From Octopus sinensis (Eukaryota): DNA of 64,000 nt. The notes beneath the pieces were generated by a model. The model was not told the DNA's origin. It saw only the letters and a list, made by a program, of their open reading frames with translations, and searched no databases. The stretch lies in contig NC_042998.1 in the NCBI RefSeq assembly GCF_006345805.1, positions 26,846,001-26,910,000 of the forward strand, read 5' to 3'. Made by a program: the position numbers and the translations under genes. Position 1 is the stretch's first letter, and every line of letters starts with the position of its first letter. Shown here piece by piece: positions 25,892-39,784 of this stretch.

Positions 25892-26429
25892 TACAAGGGA
25901 GTACTGAAACGTTCCTGGTGTTAACACATTAAGTGCAATGGGCCACAATCATGATTGTCAGGCACAGGTCGACAGGCCACGATCGAGGTCCAGATAGATG
26001 CATTTAATTTATGGGCATTTGTTGGGGTCTAATGTTTCTCAAACGCTCTAATACCTGCCAGAATGCAAGAGGACTGATAGTTCAACTAATGATTTTTCAG
26101 ATGATGTAAAACTTACCACCATTATATACTAAGAAGATATTTTAACCATTTTTATGTTTTTTATGTGTGCATGGTAGTCTCATTTTCATAAAATGTACTC
26201 AGAAGTCCATACTATGTAAGTGCAAATCCCAGTGCTTTATGGGTTAAGGGTATCACGAAAGGCTTAGTTGGTGGCCCAACTTGCTGAATTCTTTTACAGG
26301 GCTTAGAAAAACTGAAGGACTGCTGCAATAAGAGCATAAATCTGAGAGGGGTGTATGTTGAATAAAATCATAATAAACTGGTCCTCCTGTATTTTCTTTT
26401 ATCCAGGAACCTTTCAGCAGCCCCTCATA
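25892..26429 (+). mobile_element. mariner-derived MITE with a TTAA-flanked element nested at 25921-26247
   Basis: Outer parts match the reverse complement of 12447-12668 and rejoin across a duplicated TTAA. Confidence 0.8.
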
Positions 26430-28149
26430 GAACCACATAATCTGCATAAAGCCATACCAGTTATACATCAGATGACATTCCCAAATGTTCTGATACCTAT
26501 TCTGGAGAGCTAAATAAATTAATAGTAAAAAAAAATGTATAAAATCCAGAAACATAAACTGCATGCATTTGATCTGAAATCATGGATTATGAACTGTTAG
26601 ATCAATATCGTAATAACTTATCCACTCAGTTACTTCCCCACCAGTAATACTATTTTGTCCAACATAAAATGGACATAAAATCAAATTAAGACAATTCACA
26701 TTTCAAGTCATGCAAATTTATAGAATAAAGTTTGCTTTGGTCCTAGTACAATGTTTTTTGTTTTTTTTTTGTCATATGCATAGAGAATAAATGTTGATTT
26801 AATTAACCCTATTGCAGTTTTGAATCTGGTATTATTTACGCACAAAAGAATAAAATATTAAACATGATGCTGTAATATATCAAGACAGGTATTCTACAGC
26901 TTTCTGGATTGTAGCATAATACTAGGCTAATGAATTTGAAAGAGAAGCAGAAAATTAATAATTAAAGTTATTTTATAAACTCAGTTGTGTGCTAATACGA
27001 CTTCTCTGTAAAATCAATTTATAATATAAGATGAAAAAAAAATCCTGTCTATCGCACAATGGATAAATCAAACAAAAATAGCCACTGTTTATGTTTTCTT
27101 GGAAACGTTTTTTTTCTTCTTTTTCTCAGATAAGTTGATATATACAAAAGAATATATTGACATTTTCAGGTGGTATTAGAGCACCGAGACAGGAAATAGT
27201 TTATGAAACAGAAATGGAAAGCTAGAAATTGAATATAGGACTTCACTGTCAATGAAATATCATGTGGCATTCATAAAACAAAAAGATTAGTCAAATTTAG
27301 TAAGGAGGTTAAGGACAGAACAAAGGAAAGTTTGATCCGTAGCTATATTTGACCAAGAGCTAATGAAAATCTGCTGGATTCTTTGGAAACAGTTATACTA
27401 CTGTTGTAAGTTGTGTCAGTGTGGTTGTTGTTGTTGTTGTTGTTGTTGTTGTTGGCTGGTCTGAAGTGATGACTGACTGAATTGCAGCATGGAAATGTAT
27501 TTTTCAGGGATCACATGAAGAAATAACTGACAACACCCACAAACAATTAATGGACAAATTTTATTACTGCACACAGAGCTTTGACTGTGTTGGTCTTTTA
27601 CTAATACTAACAGCAATAATTACATAGAGAGAGAGAAACATACTACTTGGAGTTTACAACAAGTTTACTGACTGATATGGCAATCTGTGGCTGGCCTAAT
27701 CATAACTGGGAAATAATTCTGTTGTATTCATGGTGACAAAAACGACTGTCTGCTATCTGCCATCTGTCTTAATCTGTTGGATGTGGAGATGAGAATGGAG
27801 ACATGATGTGTGGCTGCCTCAACATTCTGCCATTACCACCAAAACCCACCTTTTTATAGGAGAAAATTCTAGAAAATTGAATCATGTGATGGCTTGACAC
27901 TGATTGATTACTTAATAAACAAATCACATGAAAACTACTGTGGTTTGATCATAATGTCTGACTGGCTACTTAGCAGTTCGGTTTCAAATCACAACTCCAC
28001 TACAGTGAAACAATAGGCTTTGTTCCAAGAGAAGAATAAGTGTTTCAGATTATTATCACAATGAGATATTGTGTCAAACAATTATCTTAAAATAATTGTT
28101 TATTACAATATTATTGTTATAATAATTTCTAACAGCCATAATAAGTCCA

Positions 28150-28318
28150 ATACTTTTGACAATAGGGTATCAGTCAATTACATCAAGAGCAAATATTTGT
28201 CTTATACTTCATTTCACTCACCCAGGCAAAGTTGACCCCAGCAGGATTTGAACTCAGACCATAAAGAGATGGAACACATGCTACAATAAATACTCCAACT
28301 CTTCTGCTAACCCATCAC
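28150..28318 (-). mobile_element. SINE family B, diverged
   Basis: GGCAAAGTTGACCCCAGCAGGATTTGAACTCAG. Confidence 0.65.
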
Positions 28319-28347
28319 ATTAATATTTCATTGTAATCTTAATATAA

Positions 28348-28725
28348 ATTTGAGTGAGGTAAGTAGCTTGCTTACCAACCACATGGTTCCGGGTTCAGTC
28401 CCACTGCGTGGCATCTTGGGCAAGTGTCTTCTACTACAGTCTTGGGCTGACCAAAGCCTTGTGCGTGAATTTTGTAGATGGAAACTGAAAGAAGCCCTTC
28501 ATATATATGTGTGTGTGTGTATTTGTGTGTTTCTACTTGTCTCCCCAACATCGCTTGACAGCCAATGTTACATCCCCGTAACTTAGTGGTTCGGCAAAAG
28601 AGACCGACAGAATAAGTACTAGGCTTACAAAGAATAAGTCCTGGGATCGATTTGTTCGACTAAAGGCGGTGCTCCAGCATGGCTTCAGTCAAATGACTGA
28701 AACAAGTAAAAGAATAAAAGAATAA
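28348..28725 (+). mobile_element. SINE family A, full length
   Basis: ACCAACCACATGGTTCCGGGTTCAGTCCCACTGCGTGGCA...GACTGAAACAAGTAAAAGAATAAAAG. Confidence 0.92.
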
Positions 28726-29077
28726 ATAAATAAATTGAATAGTTATGTGGCACCAGTAGAGTAAAATAAAAATGAAAGGGGTCAATAGATAGAAAATGAT
28801 TGGGAGCCCCTGATACAGGCCAATGTTTCTCAACCTAAGGGTTGCAATGCAATTCCTTAAAAAATTCTGCTTTTGAAGTATTGGATAAAATGGAAAACAT
28901 TAATGAATGTTCTGTTATGTCTTGGGAAAGTCATTTTCTTTTTGTACCTTATAATTTAATACATTCACCAATAAAATTTCCACTTATTTCTTATTTTTAT
29001 TTTCAACACACAAACTCACATAAAGAATCTTGCAAACCAAACCCCAAAACGAAATTAATGAATGTGTTGTTGTATAA

Positions 29078-29411
29078 CAAAGGTTCTCAATGGGGGCTAT
29101 ATATCCTCCCTAAGGTGGGGGGCATTTGGAGCTCGAGTGGGGTGGCATTTTGGAGCAAAAGGGCTCTCTTGTACCAAAGCACACTCTTTACCAAACTTTC
29201 AATTCATCATTTCATTTTTTTGCATTTCAATTTGTACATCTGTACTCCAGAATACAAGTGCATATGTAAAACAACATCCTTTATTTTTTAATCATTTATC
29301 TGCTGATATCAAAATAAGTAGTATATTGAAAAATAGAAATATTTTCGGGGGGCATTTGTGACTCCAAGGGTCAAAAGGGGACTTTTGGCCAAAATAGGTT
29401 GAGAACCTCTG
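29078..29411. mobile_element. hAT (Charlie-like) MITE
   Basis: CAAAGGTTCTCAA...TTGAGAACCTCTG; 8-bp TSD TTGTATAA/TTGTAGAA. Confidence 0.75.
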
Positions 29412-29829
29412 TTGTAGAATAAGCCATAGGCATAAAGACCACAAAACAACATTTTTACTAACAACAAAAACTGAAGAAAAGTTGCCTAAGAAAAGTGTCG
29501 AATGTTAATGATTAAGTTTCTAGGAAATTATTATTTTGGATATTTAAAAGAAAAAAGAAAAAAAAAAAGGAAAAAATAAGGAGCAGTCACAGAGGATTAT
29601 TGATTTGAAAGTGGATGTTTCCAGCTGCTGATCAGGACTACGGTACTTTCCTTCATAGACATAATTGGAGACACCAATATGGTGTACTTTGAATATTTGA
29701 CACAATGACAATAAACTATGTATGTTTTTAACAGTGGTGTCTTAGTACATTCAATTACGTCAGGTAGTAAAAGTGAATTATCTTTGATACAGAAAATAAT
29801 AATTTGATTTAAAACAAAGGACAGTTCTT

Positions 29830-30900
29830 CAATTCCTTTTTGAACTTAGGAGATTTTCCTAATGGCTGCTAACAGAGCATTCCATATTTTGGAGCCATAA
29901 TTTACTTTGTGGTTTTCCCACATGAATGTTGCTAAAGATTGAAATACATTAGGAGAAATGAATGGAAAAAGATCAATCAAGTAAGAAGGAGTTAAAGTAT
30001 TATCCTTGTGTATAACATGCTTTTATTGGCTGCCAGTGTAGGCTGACTAATGTGCAGAGTGTAATTCATTCAAAGGGAATCCTAGCAACAATAGGAGCTC
30101 ACTTTTACTTTTTGATATTTCCTCTATTTTCAGAAGATACTGAAGAAAGAATTGTGATAGCCAATTTTAGAAATGATGGTAAAATTGGATAAACACTTTC
30201 ATCTAATAAAGAGGAAAGAATTTAGAATTTCAAAGACTGGTATATTAGTAACTTAACTATATCAAAGGTTGGTTGAAAGTAATTAGAAAATTAATATTTT
30301 TGGCCCTGTGAGAATTTAGGCATACACCATTCATCTCTCTCCCCTTCATAAAGAGGAAGGACTAGTGGTTGCCTGATAGAATGGTACTTAATTTAAGACA
30401 GATTTTCAGCTTCCTTTTTAAAATGTATAATCGAAAAGGATATAGCTTTTGTTATTCATTTTATAACCAGATGTACAAGAAGTAAAGCAATTGAGATAAA
30501 TTACAGTATAATGAAGCTAAATGTTGATAAGAGTCATATCCAACACTGAGCACTTAGCATATCAGATATCACAGCCATAGCTCTGCGTTTTGCTTACTAT
30601 AACCATCAGATGCAACCTTTTAAGATATAAAGTGGATAGCAGCAAACAAATTCTAATGATGTTAAAATTGTAGAAGCTATGCAAAAGAATCATGTAATTC
30701 TCTATATTAAATGTAGCAGGCAAATACAGTAAATAAAACCTTTTATAAATATTAAGAATTTTCAATGTAAAGAATTTTGTAGTTGATGCTGTTTTATCAT
30801 GCAGAATTATCTTTGTCTTAATACAGAGTATGGTAAACAAGTCATCCTAGGTTGGTCCATTGCAGTGTAAATCAACTCTAATAGAAGAATTTAGGTTAAG
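29830..30900 (-). mobile_element. Ancient L2/CR1 3' region, heavily decayed
   Basis: LKRLH...SKTQSYGCDI near 30570-30620; YGSKIWNALLAAIRK...KFKKELK near 29830-29900. Confidence 0.4.
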
Positions 30901-31317
30901 CATCGGAAACCAACAAACCAATCAGTAATGGTACTGTGCTTGTACCAATTACTGAACAGTTGACCATTATCTCATGCAACACATTGCTATACATAGATGT
31001 ATATATATCTACACACACATATATATATTTACTATTCAATATAAAGATAATGAATTAAAAAAAGAATTCTGTTGGCTTGCCTTCCTCGATTTCAGCACGA
31101 CATGTATTTATAGTGAATGTATATTGTAATGTGGTGATTGACAATTTCAAGTCTATTCTCAGCATATTGGCATAGAAATCTTTTTTTCTTTTACCATGTT
31201 TATAAATTGTATATATATATATATATATAAGAGTTAAGAAATGGAATCAATAAGATCCAGATGACTTGAAACTAACTTTCTTCCTACACCTCGATCCTTG
31301 GATCTTATATTTATATA

Positions 31318-31473
31318 AGGGCATGGCGTTAGGAAGGGCATCCAGCCGTAGAAACACTGCCAGATTTGACTGGGCCTGATGAAGCCTTCTGGCTTCACAG
31401 ACCCCAGTAGAACCGTCCAACCCATGCTAGCATGGAAAACGGACGCTAAATGATGATGATGATGATGATGATG
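31318..31473 (+). mobile_element. Short copy of the RTE 3' UTR end, (GAT)n tail
   Basis: GGCGTTAGGAAGGGCATCCAGCCGTAGAAAC...GGACGCTAAATGATGATGAT. Confidence 0.85.
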
Positions 31474-31994
31474 TAACTCTGGATAATGGAACTGCAACTG
31501 TAACATCCGACATTTATTTTTATTCTCATAGTTCTCTTTATACTTCTTATATTTCTCCCTTTCCAAAATAACTTCTTATATTGAACTCTACTATTTCCTT
31601 CTATTTAACTCTCTCATATTGTCTCTGATGATGTGATATCCTTCATATCCCCGAAACAGCTGTAAGGCTACCTTTCTCTTTATAAATGTCCTAGAAATTT
31701 CACACTGCCTTAGCTTTGTTGTCTCATTTTATTTAACACACACATATACACATATATATTAAATGATTCTGATTAGTTCACAAGGCGAGCAATTTGGGAA
31801 AGAGTTTTAATTCAATACCATCAACCCCCGGACTTGACTGCTACTTTATTTTATTGACCTTAGCAGGATTATTTATAGTGATAAGTGACTCTAAGAGAAG
31901 CAGTCCTGCAAGAGTCACTTATCAAATAAATTAATATACCCTTTACTTGATGGAATGCATACCTTGCTGAAATTGTGACTCCTTTTGTTTCTAA

Positions 31995-32082
31995 TCATCA
32001 ACAACAATTTCATATATATACATATGTATGTGTATATATATGTGTGTATATATATATATATGTGTATATATATATATATATC

Positions 32083-32141
<59 letters not shown>

Positions 32142-32420
32142 TTAATATATAATATTATATATATATATTATAAAATATATATATATATATATTATAAAAT
32201 ATATATATATATATATTATATAATATATAATATATATTTAATATCATATAATATAATATATATAATATTATATAATATATTTAATATATAATATTATATA
32301 ATATATAATATGTAATGTTATATAATATTTATTATGTAATATTATATATATACTATTATATAATATACATAATATAATATATATAATGTAATATATATTT
32401 GTATACATACACATTTATAC
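31995..32420. repeat. TA-rich microsatellite
   Basis: Direct inspection. Confidence 0.95.
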
Positions 32421-33319
32421 ATATGATCAAGATAATGAAGTCGAAATGATGGACTCACAAGAATGAAATCATTCGTTTTTCCATGAATGATTGTATATTG
32501 GCTTTTAAACAGAATTTTCCAAGGTTGTTGTATTTATTTAAAGTTCAGAAATGTCTCAAGGTATTTGTGTCTGTCAATTGTTCTTTATGTTTCAGTTTGA
32601 CTTAGATATTAATTTTTGTTTTACTAACGAGAATATCTTTTCATTATAAGTTATTGATTTAGTTGAATATTTTTATTTTTAAAACTCATTAAACAGTACC
32701 TTGCTGACAGTATCTGATCATGAAGCATTACTGCTTTTGTTTCTAGTTTCCATAGCCTCAAAGATAAAAACAGATAGAGTATAATGCTTCCCAAGTACCT
32801 AGTATTCATTATCAAAGAATCGTCTCTTAAAATTAAATACAATCTGATTATCTGAAATGTATGATAATAGTGATCAAGATAAAAGATAAGTTCTGGGTCA
32901 AGCCAATAAATTCTCCATTTCAAATGATTTGGCTTCATACACATTATTGATTTTACCTGTTCTCTTCTGAAAGAGCAGGCATATTTCTTTGTTTGGTTTC
33001 AGAAATTACAGTATCTTATAGCTAGCTAAGTTACAATACTCTTTCACAAAGCGAGAGAGAGAGGGAGAGATTCATAAAGCAAATGGAAATATATTATCAT
33101 TATTTCTCAATGTAGATCTATTTCATCAAACGTATGCTTGTGTACCTCCACTGTGAAGTGCAAATAAATATATGTGCGTGTGTTTGTGTGCGTATACAGA
33201 AATACATAATCTTGTTGTTCTCTTAGATATCATGGGTACTACACTTTGTTACTAAGGAAAATAATACATATAACAAACAAGCATATATACACATATATAT
33301 ATATATATATATATACATA

Positions 33320-33678
33320 TATATAAAGCTGAAGTTGTCTGTGTATGGCAGGTTTGGTAGCCTTCAACTAACACTATCTCCTCCGAGACCCTGCGGTGCA
33401 AGTTGACCAAAATTGAGAGTATGATAGAAGAAGGCTTGCTCTTCCTTCTGTAGAAGAAAAAATTCAAATTGGACCATGTTAACACTAAAAATTATTTACA
33501 TCAAAAAGGTGCTTTTTTTCTATGAAAATCCCTATTTTTTATGATTTTTTAACTGTTGTGTTGCCATTTTGTGGTGTATTTCAAACCAGAAATGTTCACT
33601 TAAAGAGAATAACAAGCTACATAATGCAAAATTTTTACTTTTCAAAAATTCCAAGCAATGCCGGGTGATACTGCTAGT
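33320..33678 (+). mobile_element. Non-autonomous Helitron-like element
   Basis: Starts in a TA run (TATATAAAG); ends GCAATGCCGGGT...TGCTAGT, a typical Helitron-type 3' CTAG terminus. Confidence 0.65.
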
Positions 33679-34025
33679 ATATATATATATACGTGTTTGT
33701 TTGTTTCATGACTGCTTTTCTATGCTAGCATGGGGGAGACAAGTATATTACTAAGGTAATGTTTTAGGTATAGCTGGATACACTTCCTGGTGCCAATCTT
33801 TACCTATTTTTTGAGTAAGGGGCCTCTTACACCACATGACTCTGAAGTTATAAGACAAGTGGGAAATTTCACCCTTTTGCATTTAAACCAACCATATCTA
33901 GCCCAAACATACTATTTGTTTTGTTTAGACTGGTCAAATGCAGCCTCTCACACCTACCCTACAAAGTCATTCTAAAAATAAGCAATCACATAATTGAAAT
34001 CTTAAAGCTATGAGACAATACATAT

Positions 34026-34255
34026 TTAACCCTTTCGTTACCAACCTAGCTGAAACTGGCTCTGGCTCTGTAGTACAAATGTCTTGTTTTTGTAAGTTTT
34101 GAATTAAAATCTTCCACCAAACCTTAGTCACAATTAATGTTCTTAACACTAGCTGAATGATAACTAAGTTATTTTATAAAATATTTTGTTATATTTAAAA
34201 TTAATTGAAAGAAACACAGAGCATCTCAAAATAAATACAGTACCAAAAGGGTTAA
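34026..34255. mobile_element. piggyBac-type MITE (family D)
   Basis: Same TIRs, TTAA ends and body as 2667-2884. Confidence 0.88.
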
Positions 34256-34454
34256 TCTTCTTTTAGATATGAATAAATAAGCAATACATTTCACAGAATA
34301 ATTTGAACGCTAAAGGGTTAAAGAGGAGAAATGTCAACAGAACACCATGCTAATATTATGACTTCGATTGAGAGAGTAGCAAGTGTAAATGCACACACGC
34401 ACACATGCATGGACACATGCACACACACACACACACACACATGCACATACATCC

Positions 34455-34612
34455 ACAAGTAATGGGCTTCTTTTTCAGTTTCCAGCAACCAAATCAGAAG
34501 ACATTTTGAGTGGTCAGGGATAACACCAGAAGACAGTTGGCCAAAGTGGTGCACGGTGGGACTGAACTCAAAATGACACTGTCGGAAAGTGAACTTAACC
34601 ACATGCCCATGG
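34455..34612 (-). mobile_element. SINE family A, head half, diverged
   Basis: GGGCTTCTTTTTCAGTTTCC...GGGACTGAACTC...AACCACATGCCCATG. Confidence 0.7.
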
Positions 34613-35470
34613 CTAAGTTTCTGTGAGTGTGTGTGTGCGTGCACGTTTAATTATAACAATAGACAGATATCATTTTCACAAAGCTTGCTAATCATAGAAA
34701 TGTTTAAAGTCCAAATAAAATTACATTCAATGAGCAGCATACTGACTTCCAAAGTTATACAATTAGAACATTTGACACGATATTAACCAAAAACTCTATT
34801 AAATAAAAGCAAAAAATAAATTTTATAAATCAGTTATTTTATTTCTCTACATTTACATATTTTTCTACCAGCTAAGTCAGTATTTCTTTACATTTTACAT
34901 GACTAACTATTATAGTTATTTATATCTAAAATGTAGTTTCCTGTCACTATATACTTGTGAATATGTATAGCCAATAGCTTGCCTGGTGTACAACATGCCG
35001 AATTGAGAAGAGTCAGACAACATATTTAATGTCAAAACACCATAAGGTCTGGGAATCTATGAAATTGAGAGGATCAGCAATCAGTAGCAGGATATCCTAG
35101 AAGGTTGACAAGTTCAATTGCCATTAAGAGTATAAAGTCTAAAATTCCAGGCACTTGCTCAATTAGTAACCTAACTTCTTGAGGTGGTTGAAATTATAGA
35201 CCTTATTTATAAAAAGAAACTGCTAAAAAAAAAGGTTAAAAAAAAAGGAATAATTTTTCCCCCTTTTTTCTGTTGCTTAGTAATTAATCACTCATCAAAT
35301 ATTTGCATTCACTAGCTTCAATAGTTTCTGAGTTATCAGAACAGATATTCACATAATCAATCAAGCAGAAAGAAAATGGTGGCACCTCATTTTCTGAAGA
35401 ATTTCTATGTTGGAAGTGGAGCAATGAAGACAATGGTGTACAACAAGAAACTCTGATATATATATATATA

Positions 35471-35673
35471 TACATGACAGAGTGTTGAAAAGTTTTTGGT
35501 ATTAAGGGTATGGAAGGCCCAAGCTTCCAAGTTCTTTTGCAGGGCTTAAAAAAGCTGAAGGACCACTGCAATAAGTGTGTGAATCTGAAAGGGGAATATG
35601 TTGAATAAAATTATAATTAACTGACCCTCCTGTATTTTCTTTTACCCAAAGCCAGAATTCCTCAGCACCCCTA
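35471..35673 (+). mobile_element. mariner-derived MITE
   Basis: Homologous to 12447-12668; LQGLKKLKDHCNKCVNLKGEYVE* remnant. Confidence 0.8.
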
Positions 35674-35761
35674 TATATATAGATTCAGTTGAATATGGTA
35701 CTTAAGTTAAAGGTACCAGACTTTGGTATGGTATTATCCATATAATTCAAAATGGGGTGAT

Positions 35762-35811
35762 TATAATCAAAATAAGCAACAAGGATATCCTTGTTGCTTA
35801 TTTTGATTATA
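35762..35811. repeat. Perfect 50-bp palindrome
   Basis: TATAATCAAAATAAGCAACAAGGAT|ATCCTTGTTGCTTATTTTGATTATA. Confidence 0.97.
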
Positions 35812-35831
35812 TATATATATATATATATATA

Positions 35832-38147
35832 TATTAGTCATATCATTTAATATTAAAAATTCTTCAAACATGGACATCTAAGAGTTGATAAAAAAATATA
35901 ACCATTTCTTGAATGCTTTTCAACAAACTCCAAAACTCGACTAAAATCAATGACTACTCTAATAATAATCTATAATATCAGATTGCTTGTAATATCTAAA
36001 AGGTATTTAAGAAACTGACTAAAATTTCTATTAGTTATATTTAAATCTTTATATTTTAATTTTGAAAATGCCTCTTAAAAGATTGCATTTTGTTGTTTTC
36101 TTTTTTGGCCTTTTTATATATTGTTGCTTTTTTAAAATATCAAATAAAGCATGGGGGAGACAAGGTGCATCCAACATCAAAAGTGACTATAAAATATAAT
36201 GAATACTACAGATGAATGATAAAACTAAAACATGATATGAAGACTGACATGAATTTCAGACAAATGGGTTATTTTTGTGGGGGTGGAGTGGAGCGGTTAT
36301 TGCTTCCCTTGGTGATAACCTACACATCATCCCCCCACCCCGGAGACTTCTCCCATCATTATTTTATATATTTGATGGGGGTTATTCTTTATTCTCTGGT
36401 TATCCTTTTGCTTGTCCAAACCATTTTTGTAAGGTCGTCCAAAACATCATTGCTTGCTTTCAGACTTTTAATTAGCCCTTGTTGCATATATTTTAAGTAA
36501 ATATAAAGAGTTCCTTTCATAAGTACCAAGTTATTATGACAGTTGAAAAATGCTAGGAATATGTGTGTCTGTGTGTATATATATATATTATATATATATA
36601 TATATATTAGTCATATCATTTAATATTAAAAATTCTTCAAACATGGACATCTAAGAGTTGATAAAAAAATATAACCATTTCTTGAATGCTTTTCAACAAA
36701 CTCCAAAACTCGACTAAAATCAATGACTACTCTAATAATAATCTATAATATCAGATTGCTTGTAATATCTAAAAGGTATTTAAGAAACTGACTAAAATTT
36801 CTATTAGTTATATTTAAATCTTTATATTTTAATTTTGAAAATGCCTCTTAAAAGATTGCATTTTGTTGTTTTCTTTTTTGGCCTTTTTATATATTGTTGC
36901 TTTTTTAAAATATCAAATAAAGCATGGGGGAGACAAGGTGCATCCAACATCAAAAGTGACTATAAAATATAATGAATACTACAGATGAATGATAAAACTA
37001 AAACATGATATGAAGACTGACATGAATTTCAGACAAATGGGTTATTTTTGTGGGGGTGGAGTGGAGCGGTTATTGCTTCCCTTGGTGATAACCTACACAT
37101 CATCCCCCCACCCCGGAGACTTCTCCCATCATTATTTTATATATTTGATGGGGGTTATTCTTTATTCTCTGGTTATCCTTTTGCTTGTCCAAACCATTTT
37201 TGTAAGGTCGTCCAAAACATCATTGCTTGCTTTCAGACTTTTAATTAGCCCTTGTTGCATATATTTTAAGTAAATATAAAGAGTTCCTTTCATAAGTACC
37301 AAGTTATTATGACAGTTGAAAAATGCTAGGAATATGTGTGTCTGTGTGTATATATATATATATTATATATATATATATATATTAGTCATATCATTTAATA
37401 TTAAAAATTCTTCAAACATGGACATCTAAGAGTTGATAAAAAAATATAACCATTTCTTGAATGCTTTTCAACAAACTCCAAAACTCGACTAAAATCAATG
37501 ACTACTCTAATAATAATCTATAATATCAGATTGCTTGTAATATCTAAAAGGTATTTAAGAAACTGACTAAAATTTCTATTAGTTATATTTAAATCTTTAT
37601 ATTTTAATTTTGAAAATGCCTCTTAAAAGATTGCATTTTGTTGTTTTCTTTTTTGGCCTTTTTATATATTGTTGCTTTTTTAAAATATCAAATAAAGCAT
37701 GGGGGAGACAAGGTGCATCCAACATCAAAAGTGACTATAAAATATAATGAATACTACAGATGAATGATAAAACTAAAACATGATATGAAGACTGACATGA
37801 ATTTCAGACAAATGGGTTATTTTTGTGGGGGTGGAGTGGAGCGGTTATTGCTTCCCTTGGTGATAACCTACACATCATCCCCCCACCCCGGAGACTTCTC
37901 CCATCATTATTTTATATATTTGATGGGGGTTATTCTTTATTCTCTGGTTATCCTTTTGCTTGTCCAAACCATTTTTGTAAGGTCGTCCAAAACATCATTG
38001 CTTGCTTTCAGACTTTTAATTAGCCCTTGTTGCATATATTTTAAGTAAATATAAAGAGTTCCTTTCATAAGTACCAAGTTATTATGACAGTTGAAAAATG
38101 CTAGGAATATGTGTGTCTGTGTGTATATATATATATATATATATATA
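35832..38147. repeat. Tandem triplication of a 773-775 bp unit
   Basis: TTAGTCATATC starts at 35834, 36607 and 37382; identical ORF-track peptides at 36216, 36989 and 37764. Confidence 0.97.
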
Positions 38148-38560
38148 GGCGTAAGAGCGGCTGTGCGGTAAGTAGATTGCTTACCAACCACATGGTTCCG
38201 GGCTCAGTCCCACTACATGGCACCTTGGGCAAGTGTCTTCTACTATAGCCTCGGGCCGACCAAAGCCTAGTGAGTGGATTTGGTAGATGGAAACTGAAAG
38301 AAGCTTGTCATATATATCTATATATATATGTATGTGTGTGTATATGTTTGTGTGTCTGTGTTTGTCCCCCGCCCAATATCACTTGACAACTGATGCTGGT
38401 GTGTTTAGGTCCCCGTCACTTAGCGGTTCGGCAAAAGGGACTGATAGAATAAGTACTAGGCTTACAAAGAATAAGCCCTGGGATCGATTTGTTGACTAAA
38501 GGCAGTGCTCCAGCATGGCCACAGTCACATGACTGAAACAAGTAAAAGAGTAAAAGAATA
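38148..38560 (+). mobile_element. SINE family A, full length
   Basis: A-box-like GGCTGTGCGG, B-box-like GGCTCAGTCCC, central TA/GT tract, A-rich tail. Confidence 0.92.
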
Positions 38561-39040
38561 TATATGCATATATATATATATATGTCCTGGGCATCACATG
38601 TGACAGGCAAGGGGCTAACCCTCATCAAATATATTTATTTAAGGGATTCCATCTGTAATCATCTTATCATAATCTAATGTGCTCTTCCATTTTCTTCTAT
38701 GATGCCAGATTGGGAATCTGAGTGAGATTTAGTTGCTATTTATATCAAGTCAAATGACTATTGATAAACCATCATTGTAGTAATGTTTTGTAATTAGATC
38801 TGTTTCCTGTCTTTGAGATGAGAGAAACAAATACAGTTTGTTTTGCAAACCATCTCACTTATAGAGCTTACTTAAGTCAATGGTTTACATTCTGATAGTA
38901 AATTATTTTGTGATTCTGCTTCAGTTTTTGAAGTGTAGTGCTTGACTCCATATCCTTGATATTAAGATGCGAGATAAATCTCATGCTGGATAGGGTGTAG
39001 GGCTATCTCAGATAATAACACTATGTGGTCATTATTCAGC

Positions 39041-39330
39041 GAGCTGGCAGAAACGTTAGCATGCCATGCGAAATACTTAATGGTATTTCATCTGTCTTTA
39101 GGCGGTGAGCTGGCAGAAACATTAGCACACCAGGCGAAATGCTTAGCAGTATTTTGTCTGCCGTTACGTTCTGAGTTCAAATTCCGCCGAGGTCGACTTA
39201 GCCTTTCATCCTTTCGGGGTCAATTAAATAAGTACCAGTTACACACTGGGGTTGATATAATCGACTTAATCCGTTTGTCTGTCCTTGTTTGTCCTCTCTG
39301 TGTTTAGCCCCTTGTGGGTAGTAAAGAAAC
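39041..39330 (+). mobile_element. SINE family B with duplicated head
   Basis: GAGCTGGCAGAAAC.TTAGCA occurs at 39041 and 39107. Confidence 0.9.
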
Positions 39331-39784
39331 AGGTCATTATTCCAACAGCCACATGTAAAGTTGGTCCTGAAACTGGTGCTTTCTCGGGTAAGCTGAAATT
39401 CAAATCCACCATACAAAAAACTTTAAAATTTGAAAAGAAATAAAAAGAATTATTACAAATAACTAATCATAAAAATAAAATTGATTATTTTCATATTTTT
39501 ATATTTATTTATTCACATTGTCTTGAAGTTCCAATTTTTCAATGATGTGATTGTTCTTTGCTTTTTTTTTAGAATAACAGTGTAGGGTTGGAGTGAGAGG
39601 CCAGATCTCACTACTTTGAACATAGAACAGGTAAAATATTTGAGCCAGATAGGGCCAGTTTGAATGTTATAAAGGGTTAAATTAGTTTTCTTTCACATTC
39701 ATCATACACACACATACAGATATATGTATATATATGTAAACACACAAATATAGATATATAAATATAGTGAGTTAGAAAACAGAG

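Noticed and set aside
30566-30585. TATCACAGCCA, the 5' end of miR-2; also let-7-like TGAGGTAGT at about 45319
   Set aside because: Only the seed region matches; no precursor hairpin; the first lies in a LINE remnant.
36216-38048. Three identical 94-aa ORFs
   Set aside because: A consequence of the triplication; no known motif; not a CRISPR array or gene family.
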